Assembly (NCBI RefSeq): GCF_058153355.1
Contig: NZ_CM177019.1
Strand: one strand, 5' to 3'
Length of the DNA stretch: 64,000 nt
Below the pieces are notes generated by a model that did no database searches, was not told the origin of the DNA, and saw only the letters and a list, made by a program, of their open reading frames with translations. The position numbers and the translations under genes are program-made. Below, piece after piece: positions 9,351 through 20,169 of the stretch (within the stretch, counting starts at the first letter, position 1; every line of letters starts with the position of its first letter).

Positions 9351-10301
9351 TTACGTTTTAATAATATGGGTGCCCGTTTCACCGCGCAGCGCCGCGGGCA
9401 GGCATTCCGGCGTGGTGATAATCACTTCTTTGCCGCCCTGTTCCAGGAACATCAGGCTGGCGATGATTTTTGGCAACATGCTGCCAGGCGGGAAATGCCC
9501 TTCCTGCATATAGCGGGTCATGGTGGCAACATCCACCCGATCGAGCGCCTGCTGCTGCGGTTTGCCAAAATGAATACAGACTTTTTCGACACCAGTGGTG
9601 ATCACCAGAATGTCGGCGTGAATTTCGCGGGCCAGCAGCGCGGTGGAGAGATCTTTGTCGATAACCGCGTCCACGCTTTGGTAATCTCCCGCGTCAGTAC
9701 GCACCACCGGAATTCCGCCACCGCCCGCACCAATCACCACAAACCCTTGTTGGATCAGCGCTTTAATGGCAGGTGCTTCAACAATACGTTTCGGTTCCGG
9801 CGAGGCGACCACGCGGCGATAGCCGCGTCCGGCATCTTCAACAAAACGCCAGTCAGGATTTGCCTTTTGTAATTCGTCACGCTGGCTGTCACTAAAGAAT
9901 GCGCCGATGGGCTTGGTGGGATGAGCAAATCCCGGATCGTTTTTATCCACTTCCACCTGAGTCACCACGGTGACGGCTTTTTTCTCGCCGTGACGCGCCA
10001 GCCGGTTATTCAGCGCCTGCTGGATCAGATAGCCAATGCCGCCTTGCGTATCCGCCACACAGTTCGCCAGCGGCGTTAAGGGCAGCCCTTCGCGCTCGTG
10101 GGCAATCTCCGCACGGCGTAGATCCAGCCCAACCTGCGGCCCGTTGCCGTGGGTCAGCACAATGTCGTAATCGGAAGCCAGCATTTCCAGCACCGTATCG
10201 GCCACGGCTTTCACCGCCTCCGCCTGATGCTCAATCGACTGGCTGGCGTTATCTTTGATAATGCTGTTGCCACCAATGGCAACGACCACAAGTTCTTTCA
10301 T
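9351..10301 (-). CDS. yahI: Carbamate kinase-like protein YahI
   Basis: 316 aa, N-terminal (V/I)xxGGN amino-acid-kinase motif (VVVAIGGNSI), carbamate kinase family; synteny with the yah cluster. Confidence 0.85.
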   Translation of the reverse strand: MKELVVVAIGGNSIIKDNASQSIEHQAEAVKAVADTVLEMLASDYDIVLTHGNGPQVGLDLRRAEIAHEREGLPLTPLANCVADTQGGIGYLIQQALNNRLARHGEKKAVTVVTQVEVDKNDPGFAHPTKPIGAFFSDSQRDELQKANPDWRFVEDAGRGYRRVVASPEPKRIVEAPAIKALIQQGFVVIGAGGGGIPVVRTDAGDYQSVDAVIDKDLSTALLAREIHADILVITTGVEKVCIHFGKPQQQALDRVDVATMTRYMQEGHFPPGSMLPKIIASLMFLEQGGKEVIITTPECLPAALRGETGTHIIKT

Positions 10302-10351
10302 GTTGTTATGTCCGCTACAGAGGGTGATGGGGTTATGACCAACGCCAAATT

Positions 10352-11600
<1,249 letters not shown>

Positions 11601-11630
11601 CATGCCTGCAATCTGGGAAACCGGGGTAGA

Positions 11631-11900
<270 letters not shown>

Positions 11901-11920
11901 GACAACGCGCACTTTGCAGG

Positions 11921-13339
11921 TCAGACGCCGTAACGTTCGCACCAGCCAAGAATGGCTTTTTCGAAGCAGGCGAAGGGTGGATGCACAATGCCCGCGCCAA
12001 TCATGCCGACGCCCGCATCTTTATGGGCAATGGCGGTGTTGATCACCGGCAGAATGCCACTGCTACCCACGCGGGTGATGTCGATTGCCGTCGGCACACC
12101 CATAAAACCGAGCAGCGGAATGGTCACGTTGGGGTTTTCGCCGAGAGTGATTTCGCGCATCTGACGGGAGAAATCGATAGCCTCTTCCACCGTACCGCCC
12201 ACCAGCGCGACGATTGCAGGCGCGGTCGCCATAGCAAATCCACCAATGCCGTAGGTTTCGGTGATGGCGCTGTCGCCGATATCCAGCCCCGAATCTTCCG
12301 GCTTATAACCGGCAAACATCGGGCCGATGACCTGCTGCGCCGGGCCGGTAAACCACTGCCCCGGTAATCCGCTGACTCGCAGGCCGAACTCGACACCGTT
12401 ACGCGCCATGGTGGTCACCACGGTGCTGTATTCAATGCCGTGCGCCGCATCCATCGCTGCTTTACACATTGCCATCCACGTCGGGCCGGAGAAGTAATCG
12501 CTGCTGGCGACAAACTCAAACACTTCGCGCTGTTGCTCGACAGAATAGCCCGCCTGAATAATCCCCGGCGTCAGCGCCTGAATCAGCAGCGTCGTCCCGG
12601 CGTTATTGCGGTTATGGCATTCATCGCCCATATGCAGCGCCTGCGCCAGCATCAAACGCAGATCAATCTCACCGAGAATTTTCATCGCGTCACGCAGCAT
12701 TGGCCCCTGCACATCGCGCATCCAGTTCAGGCGGTCAATCACGCTCTGATCGTTGGCACCCATACGCAAAATCTTCGCCATCTGCTCGCTCATATTGGTG
12801 TAAGCGATGTTGCCGTAGGTTTTGTTTTTCACGATGTGCATAAACATCGAGGCAGAGGTAACACCCGCCATCGAACCCACGCAGTCATGCTCGTGGCAAG
12901 GCGAGAAGGTGATCTCCCCGGAAGCCGCCAGTTCGGCCGCCTCGTCGAGATCTTTCGCCAGCCCTTCGAACACCAGCGCCCCGGTGACCGCGCCTTTCAT
13001 AGCGCCGCACATTTTTTCCCTGGTCACTGGTGGCCCGGCGTGAAGAATGGTTTTCGCCGTCATGCCTGGCACCACGTTAATCGCCTGATCAAAACCAATC
13101 AGCACCGGATGCGACTGGATAATGCGTTCCAGCGCCTGCTGGTTAGCGGCGGCGATTTTGTCTGCCAGCGGCGAATCGGCAATGTTGTCCAGCGCCTGCA
13201 CCACCTGCATATTGCCCTGCCCCGGCGGCGTCCAGTCGAGTTGGGTCACTTCTACATGCTGCTTTTTCAGGTCATCGCTAAACATGGCGATGCCGACGTT
13301 AATAACGTTCAACGGTTGGCTAAACAGTGACGGACTCAT
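11921..13339 (-). CDS. yahG: DUF1116-family protein YahG
   Basis: Long ORF 11921..13360; likely start MSPSLFSQPLNV (472 aa, as I recall for K-12), overlapping the yahF stop by 1 nt. Synteny. Confidence 0.8.
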   Translation of the reverse strand: MSPSLFSQPLNVINVGIAMFSDDLKKQHVEVTQLDWTPPGQGNMQVVQALDNIADSPLADKIAAANQQALERIIQSHPVLIGFDQAINVVPGMTAKTILHAGPPVTREKMCGAMKGAVTGALVFEGLAKDLDEAAELAASGEITFSPCHEHDCVGSMAGVTSASMFMHIVKNKTYGNIAYTNMSEQMAKILRMGANDQSVIDRLNWMRDVQGPMLRDAMKILGEIDLRLMLAQALHMGDECHNRNNAGTTLLIQALTPGIIQAGYSVEQQREVFEFVASSDYFSGPTWMAMCKAAMDAAHGIEYSTVVTTMARNGVEFGLRVSGLPGQWFTGPAQQVIGPMFAGYKPEDSGLDIGDSAITETYGIGGFAMATAPAIVALVGGTVEEAIDFSRQMREITLGENPNVTIPLLGFMGVPTAIDITRVGSSGILPVINTAIAHKDAGVGMIGAGIVHPPFACFEKAILGWCERYGV

Positions 13340-14886
13340 CAGGCTTCCTCCCCTTTGCAAATAAATTCACGCGCCAGCAATCCGGTATTGGTGCTGCTGC
13401 TGGCCAGAATCACCCCGGCATCAAGCAGCATCTGGCTTTGTTGTGCTAACGATGACGTATCGAGATCGGTACCCAGCACATAGGCGAGAATGATCAACTC
13501 GCGGCCTTCGGCGGCAGCGATCGCTTTCGCTTCTTTGATCGCCTCGATGGTGGAACCGACCGGATCTTCATGCGATCCAAATCCGAGCACAAAATCCATC
13601 ACGATCACCGCCACTTCTGGATCGCGCGCCTCTTCGATCAAGCGACTGATGCGGTTGGTGGGGTCAATCATTGGATGCGGCTTGCCGTTGGTGAAGTCGT
13701 CATCACCAAAGTCGAGGAAGGTATGTTTGATGCTGCGGTTGATATCTTGCAGGCGGAATTCAGGATCGGGCTGAATGTTGCTGTAGACATCGCCGTGTTT
13801 TTCCATCACCGCGAACATGGTTTCGTCGCACAGTGTGCCGCCGCAGAACAGGCCACGAATGTATTTCTGCCGCGGTTGCAGACGCGCCCGCACATCCGCA
13901 ATCAACGGCTGGTTCAGGATATGCAGGTCGAGATGTTCTTGTTTCACGCCGGAGAGCATCACCGCTTTCAATGCCGCCTCTTTACTGCCGCGGGCAAACT
14001 GTAGCCCCTGCTCATCCACTGGCGTTTCGCCACGACCGAGGAAGCAGACTACCACCGGCTTGCGGCAGGCACGTGCGCGTTCCAGCACTTTGCGGGCCAC
14101 CGCAGGCGCAGGCGGTTTGGAGATAAGCACAATGATTTCAGTTTGCGGATCGTTTTCCAGCATCCCGATGGCGTCGAGCATCATCAGGCCGCCGATTTTC
14201 TCGCTCAGGTCGCGCCCGCCGGTACCAATCAGTTGCGAAACGCCGCCGCCAAATTCATGAATACGGACGCTCAGTTCCTGGCTACCGGTGCCGGATGCGC
14301 CAACAATACCGATGTTGCCGCGACGCACAGCGTTACCAAAGCAGAGCGCCGCGCCGTTGATAATCGCCGTGCCGCAGTCTGGCCCCATCATCAGCAGCCC
14401 TTTTTCGTGGGCCAGTTGCTTGAGCGCCAGTTCATCTTCAACCGAGACGTTATCGGAAAACAGCATCACGTTAAGATCGTTTTGCAGCGCCTGACGCGCT
14501 TCGCGAGCGGCAAACAGACCGTTGACCGAAATCACTGCCAGGTTACTTTCCGGGATATGCTTTTTGGCGCTGGCAATAGTGGCATAACGCGCCTCGTGCG
14601 AGCCGCTTTGCGCTTTGCTGTTGAACAGTTCTTCAATCTCCACCAGCAACTGCTCGTTGTCTGCGCCCGCTTTGCCGTTGATGACAATCATCAGGTCGCC
14701 GTTTTTCGCCTGCTCCAGCTCCGGCGTCAGCAGCCCTAAATTCTTCAGCACGCCTTTGTTCATTTCGGTCGCCATCGCCACAAATGCCTGCTCGACGCCG
14801 TCGAGTTTATTTGCACGCGTGGAGATAGACATCAGCGAGACAGAATCAAAATAGGTATTCGGTTTAATGACTATTTTAACTGACAT
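13339..14886 (-). CDS. yahF: FdrA-like protein YahF (CoA-binding / succinyl-CoA synthetase-like fold)
   Basis: 515 aa with glycine-rich nucleotide/CoA-binding-like segments (GIVGASGTG, GGVSQLIGTGG); matches K-12 YahF length and position. Confidence 0.8.
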   Translation of the reverse strand: MSVKIVIKPNTYFDSVSLMSISTRANKLDGVEQAFVAMATEMNKGVLKNLGLLTPELEQAKNGDLMIVINGKAGADNEQLLVEIEELFNSKAQSGSHEARYATIASAKKHIPESNLAVISVNGLFAAREARQALQNDLNVMLFSDNVSVEDELALKQLAHEKGLLMMGPDCGTAIINGAALCFGNAVRRGNIGIVGASGTGSQELSVRIHEFGGGVSQLIGTGGRDLSEKIGGLMMLDAIGMLENDPQTEIIVLISKPPAPAVARKVLERARACRKPVVVCFLGRGETPVDEQGLQFARGSKEAALKAVMLSGVKQEHLDLHILNQPLIADVRARLQPRQKYIRGLFCGGTLCDETMFAVMEKHGDVYSNIQPDPEFRLQDINRSIKHTFLDFGDDDFTNGKPHPMIDPTNRISRLIEEARDPEVAVIVMDFVLGFGSHEDPVGSTIEAIKEAKAIAAAEGRELIILAYVLGTDLDTSSLAQQSQMLLDAGVILASSSTNTGLLAREFICKGEEA

Positions 14887-15739
14887 AATTCCCTCCGTAG
14901 GTTTGGCTCAGCGCACAACCATCGGCCATGCCATACAGCATGTCGCAACCGGAACTGGAGCCAATATGTTTAATTTTTTCTATTGCCTGAGTTGCGTTCC
15001 CAGGTATGTCATAAATAATGTTATGAATAAAACGATGAATATTTTCCCGGCAGCGTTGTTGTAATGCGGCTTCCAGCGTTATGGCACTTAATAACGTGGT
15101 ATTATTTCTGCCGCGTTGCAGACCGAGATAAAATTCCTCTTTGTATTTTTCCGCCGGATGCCCGGGAATAAATAAAATAAGCGCCAGACCTGTTAAATAA
15201 TCGTCGGCTGATGGCGTAAGGCCAATCCCTAACCCCATCATATTAGCAATCGCCAAAGCGATATTTTCTTTATCGTTTACGGCCTGAATAACAGCCCGTC
15301 GTTTAATATGTAATTCTTTTTTTAATGCCTGATAGAACGGGTTATCGCCACAATAATTAAACAGGGTTTCATTTTCCCCCAGGTGTTGATGAATAATGTC
15401 GTGCCACTGTTGCCATGCGATAAGGTGAAAATTTTCAGCGGTCATTTGCAAAGCTGGGGACAGCCAACGCTGGCAATGACTCATCTCTATATGAAGATGT
15501 TGACCAACCGTAATACCTTGATCATCAAACTGAACCTTATCACCATGACGGAACAGACCATCAAAGTGAGTGAGTGCCAACCGACAACTGTTTGGCGCAT
15601 TGTCGTACTCTTCACAAAGCAGCGTTAGCAACTGCTGGCGGGCCGGAAGTGCGATATTTACCGCTCTGGCAAAGACCTGTTCAACCTGTCCTTGCCCCCG
15701 CTGCGCCAGAAAATCAGCATCCGCAGTTAGCGCCCACAC
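14876..15739 (-). CDS. yahE: Uncharacterised protein YahE
   Basis: 287 aa; 11-bp overlap with yahF; synteny with the K-12 yahDEFG operon. Confidence 0.75.
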   Translation of the reverse strand: MWALTADADFLAQRGQGQVEQVFARAVNIALPARQQLLTLLCEEYDNAPNSCRLALTHFDGLFRHGDKVQFDDQGITVGQHLHIEMSHCQRWLSPALQMTAENFHLIAWQQWHDIIHQHLGENETLFNYCGDNPFYQALKKELHIKRRAVIQAVNDKENIALAIANMMGLGIGLTPSADDYLTGLALILFIPGHPAEKYKEEFYLGLQRGRNNTTLLSAITLEAALQQRCRENIHRFIHNIIYDIPGNATQAIEKIKHIGSSSGCDMLYGMADGCALSQTYGGNYVS

Positions 15740-15778
15740 ACACCGTCTTTCTGGTGTGTTGATAGCAAGCCTCCCGGT

Positions 15779-16384
15779 TTATGCACCTGCGGCAATCAGT
15801 AACTGCGCAATCTCTTCAAAGCCTCGTTCCCGCGCCAGTTCCAGCGGCGTTTTACCATATTTATCCGTCATGTGCGGGCTGGCACCGTGTTCCAGCAATA
15901 ACTGGACAATCGCCTGCTGTTTTATCCCGCCATCGTTAAGCACAATCGCTTCCAGGAGTGGCGTCCAGCCAACATGGTTGGTCTGGTTAACGTTAATATC
16001 CGTATGCGTCAAAAGCTCTTTCACAATACTTAAATGACCTTTTTCACAGGCAGGCGTCAGGCCGACACCGCCGAAACGGGTTACACAATTAAGGTCTGGT
16101 TTAGCCGGTAAAATAATTCGTAGTAGCGTTAAATCACCGTTCAGGCAGCTAATTAAAAAAGGATTTTAACATATCTGATCTTGCTTATTAATATCCGCTC
16201 CGGCATCAATTAATGCCTGAACGCAAGCATATTGCTGATATAAACTTGCCAGCGTAATTGCCGTTTTCCCCTGACGATCGCTGGTATTAATATCGACACC
16301 CAGCGCAAGGCAGGTTTTTACTTTATCGATATCACCCTGTTGCGCAGCCAATAAATAGTCGGCAGGTAGATTTTTTATAGTCAT
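15779..16384 (-). pseudogene. yahD: Ankyrin-repeat protein gene yahD interrupted by an in-frame TAA (ochre) codon
   Basis: Two same-frame ORFs (16166..16384, 72 aa; 15779..16024, 81 aa) plus the 47 intervening sense codons total 201 codons, my recollection of K-12 YahD length. Single in-frame stop at 16166-16168 (..KQDQIC*NPFLISCLNGDLTLL..). Ankyrin motifs on both sides. Confidence 0.7.
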
Positions 16385-16642
16385 TCACATTCCCCTGGTT
16401 TTTGTGGCTGTTTTTCGATGAATTGAGAATAGCAACGATAATCTGATAAAAGAACCCGCTTAAATTTAATTCGCCGTATTTCGCCTTTTTGTTGAATGAT
16501 GTTCAACAATCTTTTCGCAGTGTGCGGTAGTGCAATATTTGTTTCTTTGACCCGATACCCTTTCACTCAATCAGGTTTTATTTCTCTATAGTCTGCACAT
16601 GTAAGAGTAGCTTTCGTCAATGTCTAACCAGAGGGGAACAAG

Positions 16643-17140
16643 ATGAACGGACTCACGGCAACGGGTGTCACCGTCGGTATTTGTGCAGGGCTTTGGCAGT
16701 TAGTGTCTTCACATGTTGGGCTTTCTCAGGGATGGGAATTATTAGGAACCATTGGCTTTGTCGCCTTTTGCAGTTTTTATGCCGCAGGCGGCGGTAAATC
16801 GGGGTTTATCAGAAGCCTGGCGGTTAATTATTCCGGGATGGTGTGGGCGTTTTTCGCCGCGCTGGCTGCCGGTTGGCTGGCCTCGGTGAGTGGGATTTCC
16901 GGCTTCTGGGCGAGCGTGATTATGACTGTACCCTTCTCGGCGGTGGTGGTCTGGCAAGGACGTTTCGGTTTACTGTCTTTTATTCCCGGAGGCTTTCTCG
17001 GCATGACGCTGTTTTTTGCCAGCGGGATGAACTGGACGGTGACATTACTGGGTTTTCTGGCGGGTAACTGCATGGGAATAATTTCAGAATATGGCGGACA
17101 AAAATTAAGCGAAGCGACGACTAAACGCGACGGGTATTAA
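16643..17140 (+). CDS. yahC: Inner-membrane protein YahC
   Basis: 165 aa, four predicted hydrophobic helices; divergent from yahD; synteny. Confidence 0.8.
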   Translation: MNGLTATGVTVGICAGLWQLVSSHVGLSQGWELLGTIGFVAFCSFYAAGGGKSGFIRSLAVNYSGMVWAFFAALAAGWLASVSGISGFWASVIMTVPFSAVVVWQGRFGLLSFIPGGFLGMTLFFASGMNWTVTLLGFLAGNCMGIISEYGGQKLSEATTKRDGY

Positions 17141-17231
17141 AAGTTATTCAAAAATGATTATCTATCTTTAACCGATACCTCTACAGTCATAGCTGGAGAA
17201 ATTCATAGTAGATAATGGCGGGAATGGTTTA

Positions 17232-18164
17232 ATGAACTCAATTTTTACCGAAGAGAATCTGTTGGCATTTACTACCGCTGCGCGTTTTAGCAGCTTCAGT
17301 AAAGCGGCAGACGAGTTGGGTTTAACCACTTCCGCCATTAGCTACACCATCAAGCGAATGGAAACGGGGCTGGATGTGGTGCTGTTCACCCGTAACACCC
17401 GCAGTATTGAGTTAACCGAGTCCGGGCGTTATTTTTTCCGCAAAGCTACCGACCTGCTGAATGATTTTCACGCCATCAAACGCAGCATCGATACTATTTC
17501 GCAGGGCATAGAAGCGCGTGTGCGTATTTGTATTAATCAGCTGCTTTATACGCCCAAACACACCGCACGCTTATTACAGGTACTGAAAAAGCAATTTCCA
17601 ACCTGCCAGATTACCGTCACCACCGAAGTGTATAATGGCGTCTGGGATGCGATTATTAATAATCAGGCGAATATCGCTATCGGCGCACCCGACACGCTGC
17701 TGGACGGCGGCGGCATTGATTACACGGAGATTGGCGCGATTCGCTGGGCTTTTGCTATCGCCCCGGATCACCCGTTAGCCTTCGTGCCGGAACCCATCGC
17801 CGAAAGCCAACTGCGTCTCTATCCTAATATCATGGTGGAAGACACCGCGCATACGATTAATAAAAAAGTGGGCTGGTTGCTGCATGGGCAGGAGTCGATT
17901 CTGGTGCCAGATTTCAACACCAAATGTCAGTGCCAGATTTTAGGCGAAGGAATTGGTTTTTTGCCGGATTACATGGTCCGTGAGGCGATGGCGCAATCCC
18001 TGCTGGTTACCCGACAAATCCATAATCCGCGCCAGGATTCACGCATGTTACTGGCGACCCAGCACTCTGCCACCGGTCAGGTGACGCAGTGGATTAAAAA
18101 ACAATTTTCGCCAAATGGCATATTAACGGGGATCTATCAGGATTTACTGCATCGGGAGAATTAA
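17232..18164 (+). CDS. yahB: LysR-family transcriptional regulator YahB
   Basis: 310 aa; N-terminal LysR HTH (FTTAARFSSFSKAADELGLTTSAISYTIKRME). Confidence 0.85.
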   Translation: MNSIFTEENLLAFTTAARFSSFSKAADELGLTTSAISYTIKRMETGLDVVLFTRNTRSIELTESGRYFFRKATDLLNDFHAIKRSIDTISQGIEARVRICINQLLYTPKHTARLLQVLKKQFPTCQITVTTEVYNGVWDAIINNQANIAIGAPDTLLDGGGIDYTEIGAIRWAFAIAPDHPLAFVPEPIAESQLRLYPNIMVEDTAHTINKKVGWLLHGQESILVPDFNTKCQCQILGEGIGFLPDYMVREAMAQSLLVTRQIHNPRQDSRMLLATQHSATGQVTQWIKKQFSPNGILTGIYQDLLHREN

Positions 18165-18205
18165 TCGCTGCCAACCTCCCGATGCGCTGTGAATAGCGGT
18201 TTACA

Positions 18206-19294
18206 TCAACCACCTGCTTTCATTACCCATTCAGAGATAAATTTATTACCCGGTACTGGCGGAGAGTACAAATAGCCCTGCAAAAAGTGAACGCCTTTGC
18301 CGATCATTAAATCCGCCTGCTCCTGGGTTTCTACCCCTTCCGCCACGATACTCAGACCAGGCTTACGCGCCAGTTCGACAATATTGTCCACAATATGACC
18401 GGAAATTTCGTCGACACTCGCCATTTGCACAAACGACTTGTCAATTTTAATAAAATCGACCGGAAACGCCTGCAAATAACGATAGGTCGCATAACCCGTA
18501 CCAAAGTCATCCAGCGCAAAGGTAATGTTGTGCTGATGAAGGCTGTCAAATATCGCTCTGGCTTCTGGCGTTACCGGAATGGGGTTGCGTTCCGTTAGCT
18601 CAAGAACCAGCTTGATTTTATCGTTACCTAATTTCTTGACCAGGTTCAGACACTCTTTTTCAAATCCTGCGGCCAAAAAACATCCTGCCGAGACGTTGAT
18701 GCCAATATGGAAATTATCCGGCAGCAAATGTTTTACTGGCATCAGAATATCCGCAGTCTGTTTCATCAGCTGGCGAGTCATTATGACAATAAGACCGGAT
18801 GACTCCGCCAGAGGAATAAACTGATCCGGTGGGATAATTCCCGTTTGCGGATGTTCCCAGCGGACAAGCACTTCACAGCCCGTCAGTACCCCTGTCTGCG
18901 CGCAGAAAACGGGCTGGATCCACGGTTTGAATTCGTGATTTTCCAACGCCAGACTGATGGCTTCAGGCGTGACGATATGGTGATAGTGATTATCATTAAT
19001 ATATTTGTGACTATTATTACCCGTGGCGGATATGATCTCCGGATTGTACTGAAAGAAAATATCCCGCCAGAAAGTAATATCGCTCTGAATCCCCAGTTTC
19101 TCAAAGAGCTGTTTCTTTTGATGTGAAATGGTCTTTGCACTGCGATTTCTGTACTGTGATATTTCTGTTACAGACATTCCCTGCATCAGCAGCTTGAGTA
19201 GCAGTCGTTCTTTCTCGGATACGCTACCAGGCAATGACAAATGAACCGTTGTACCGAACTCTTGCAGAAAAACACGAAAATCACATGAATTCAT
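18206..19294 (-). CDS. pdeL: c-di-GMP phosphodiesterase PdeL (YahA): LuxR-type HTH plus EAL domain
   Basis: N-terminal LuxR HTH (LLKLLMQGMSVTEISQYRNRSAKTISHQKKQLFEKLG), C-terminal EAL-domain motifs (ELTE, DDFGTGY). Start could be 19300 or 19294. Confidence 0.85.
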   Translation of the reverse strand: MNSCDFRVFLQEFGTTVHLSLPGSVSEKERLLLKLLMQGMSVTEISQYRNRSAKTISHQKKQLFEKLGIQSDITFWRDIFFQYNPEIISATGNNSHKYINDNHYHHIVTPEAISLALENHEFKPWIQPVFCAQTGVLTGCEVLVRWEHPQTGIIPPDQFIPLAESSGLIVIMTRQLMKQTADILMPVKHLLPDNFHIGINVSAGCFLAAGFEKECLNLVKKLGNDKIKLVLELTERNPIPVTPEARAIFDSLHQHNITFALDDFGTGYATYRYLQAFPVDFIKIDKSFVQMASVDEISGHIVDNIVELARKPGLSIVAEGVETQEQADLMIGKGVHFLQGYLYSPPVPGNKFISEWVMKAGG

Positions 19295-20124
19295 GAACAC
19301 ACCTTTTATCTTTTATCGCTGTTCAGTATGAGTGATTACCTGTGGATTCCTGAGCACACATAAGGGGTAACCATAAACATTAGCGATGCCATACGTATAA
19401 CATCCCACATCACTATCAAGAAGATTATCTTTACCTCTGATGCTCGCTCAAAAACAGTTACGCTAAATACCTTAAAAAGGTAATCACAAGTCAAACTCAG
19501 GAGATAATCACGCAAGAATGCAATATTAAAATTCAGATACTCATTTTTGGTAATAAAGAAGTAGTTGGACTATTTCGATATTTATAATTTCCCACTACGT
19601 ATTGACGCCCATTCATGAGTAAAGGCGCATTATATGAATTTAACAATCCAGATCAACTGAAAATACCTCAACCTCATAAACACATAGCGTCAACATTCAA
19701 TGACATAATGAGTAAAGATGTTGGTTATGCATACACGTCATTACTCTATGCCAATCCCTTAACAACCTGCTTTTTAAGACTGAATCCATTCAGCAATAGA
19801 TAGCCAACATTATAACAATGACAATAAAAACAATATTTAAAACAATCAATAAAATATCAGGCACAGACAATTAAACCTTAAACAACAAACAGTTACATTG
19901 ATTTTAGTTGATTTGCGCTACGCGTTCCCCATGAATAAAGCGTCATTTCAAATTAGCACCAATATTTACATTAAATAAGACTAAGCTTATTGAACATTCA
20001 CAACAGTCCAAACGTAGTGTTTGGGCTTCAATAGTTCTTTTCTTTTTTATTATCTGTTGCCTGGCAATCATCAATCGATACTAAGGGCTTAACTGTACAG
20101 ATATAACGTATCAAGAGGTAAGAG

Positions 20125-20156
20125 AAACCGCGCCATATGCAGACATGGCGCGGTTT
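20125..20156 (-). terminator. Hairpin downstream of betT (putative terminator)
   Basis: 12-bp perfect stem aaaccgcgccat / atggcgcggttt with 8-nt loop, 14 bp beyond the betT stop; the following tract on the minus strand is only moderately T-rich. Confidence 0.45.
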
Positions 20157-20169
20157 TATGCAAAAATAA

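Noticed and set aside
8973-9872. 299-aa plus-strand ORF
   Set aside because: Entirely antisense to yahI/yahJ, His/Arg/Gly-rich low-complexity translation typical of the reverse strand of GC-rich genes. The same reasoning applies to 12440..13330, 14143..14739, 23488..24306, 25283..25903, 31205..31900, 6238..6828 and 7785..8444.
16381-16566. 61-aa ORF upstream of and overlapping the yahD start
   Set aside because: Lies in the divergent yahC-yahD promoter region, has no RBS context, and would be an improbable N-terminal extension.
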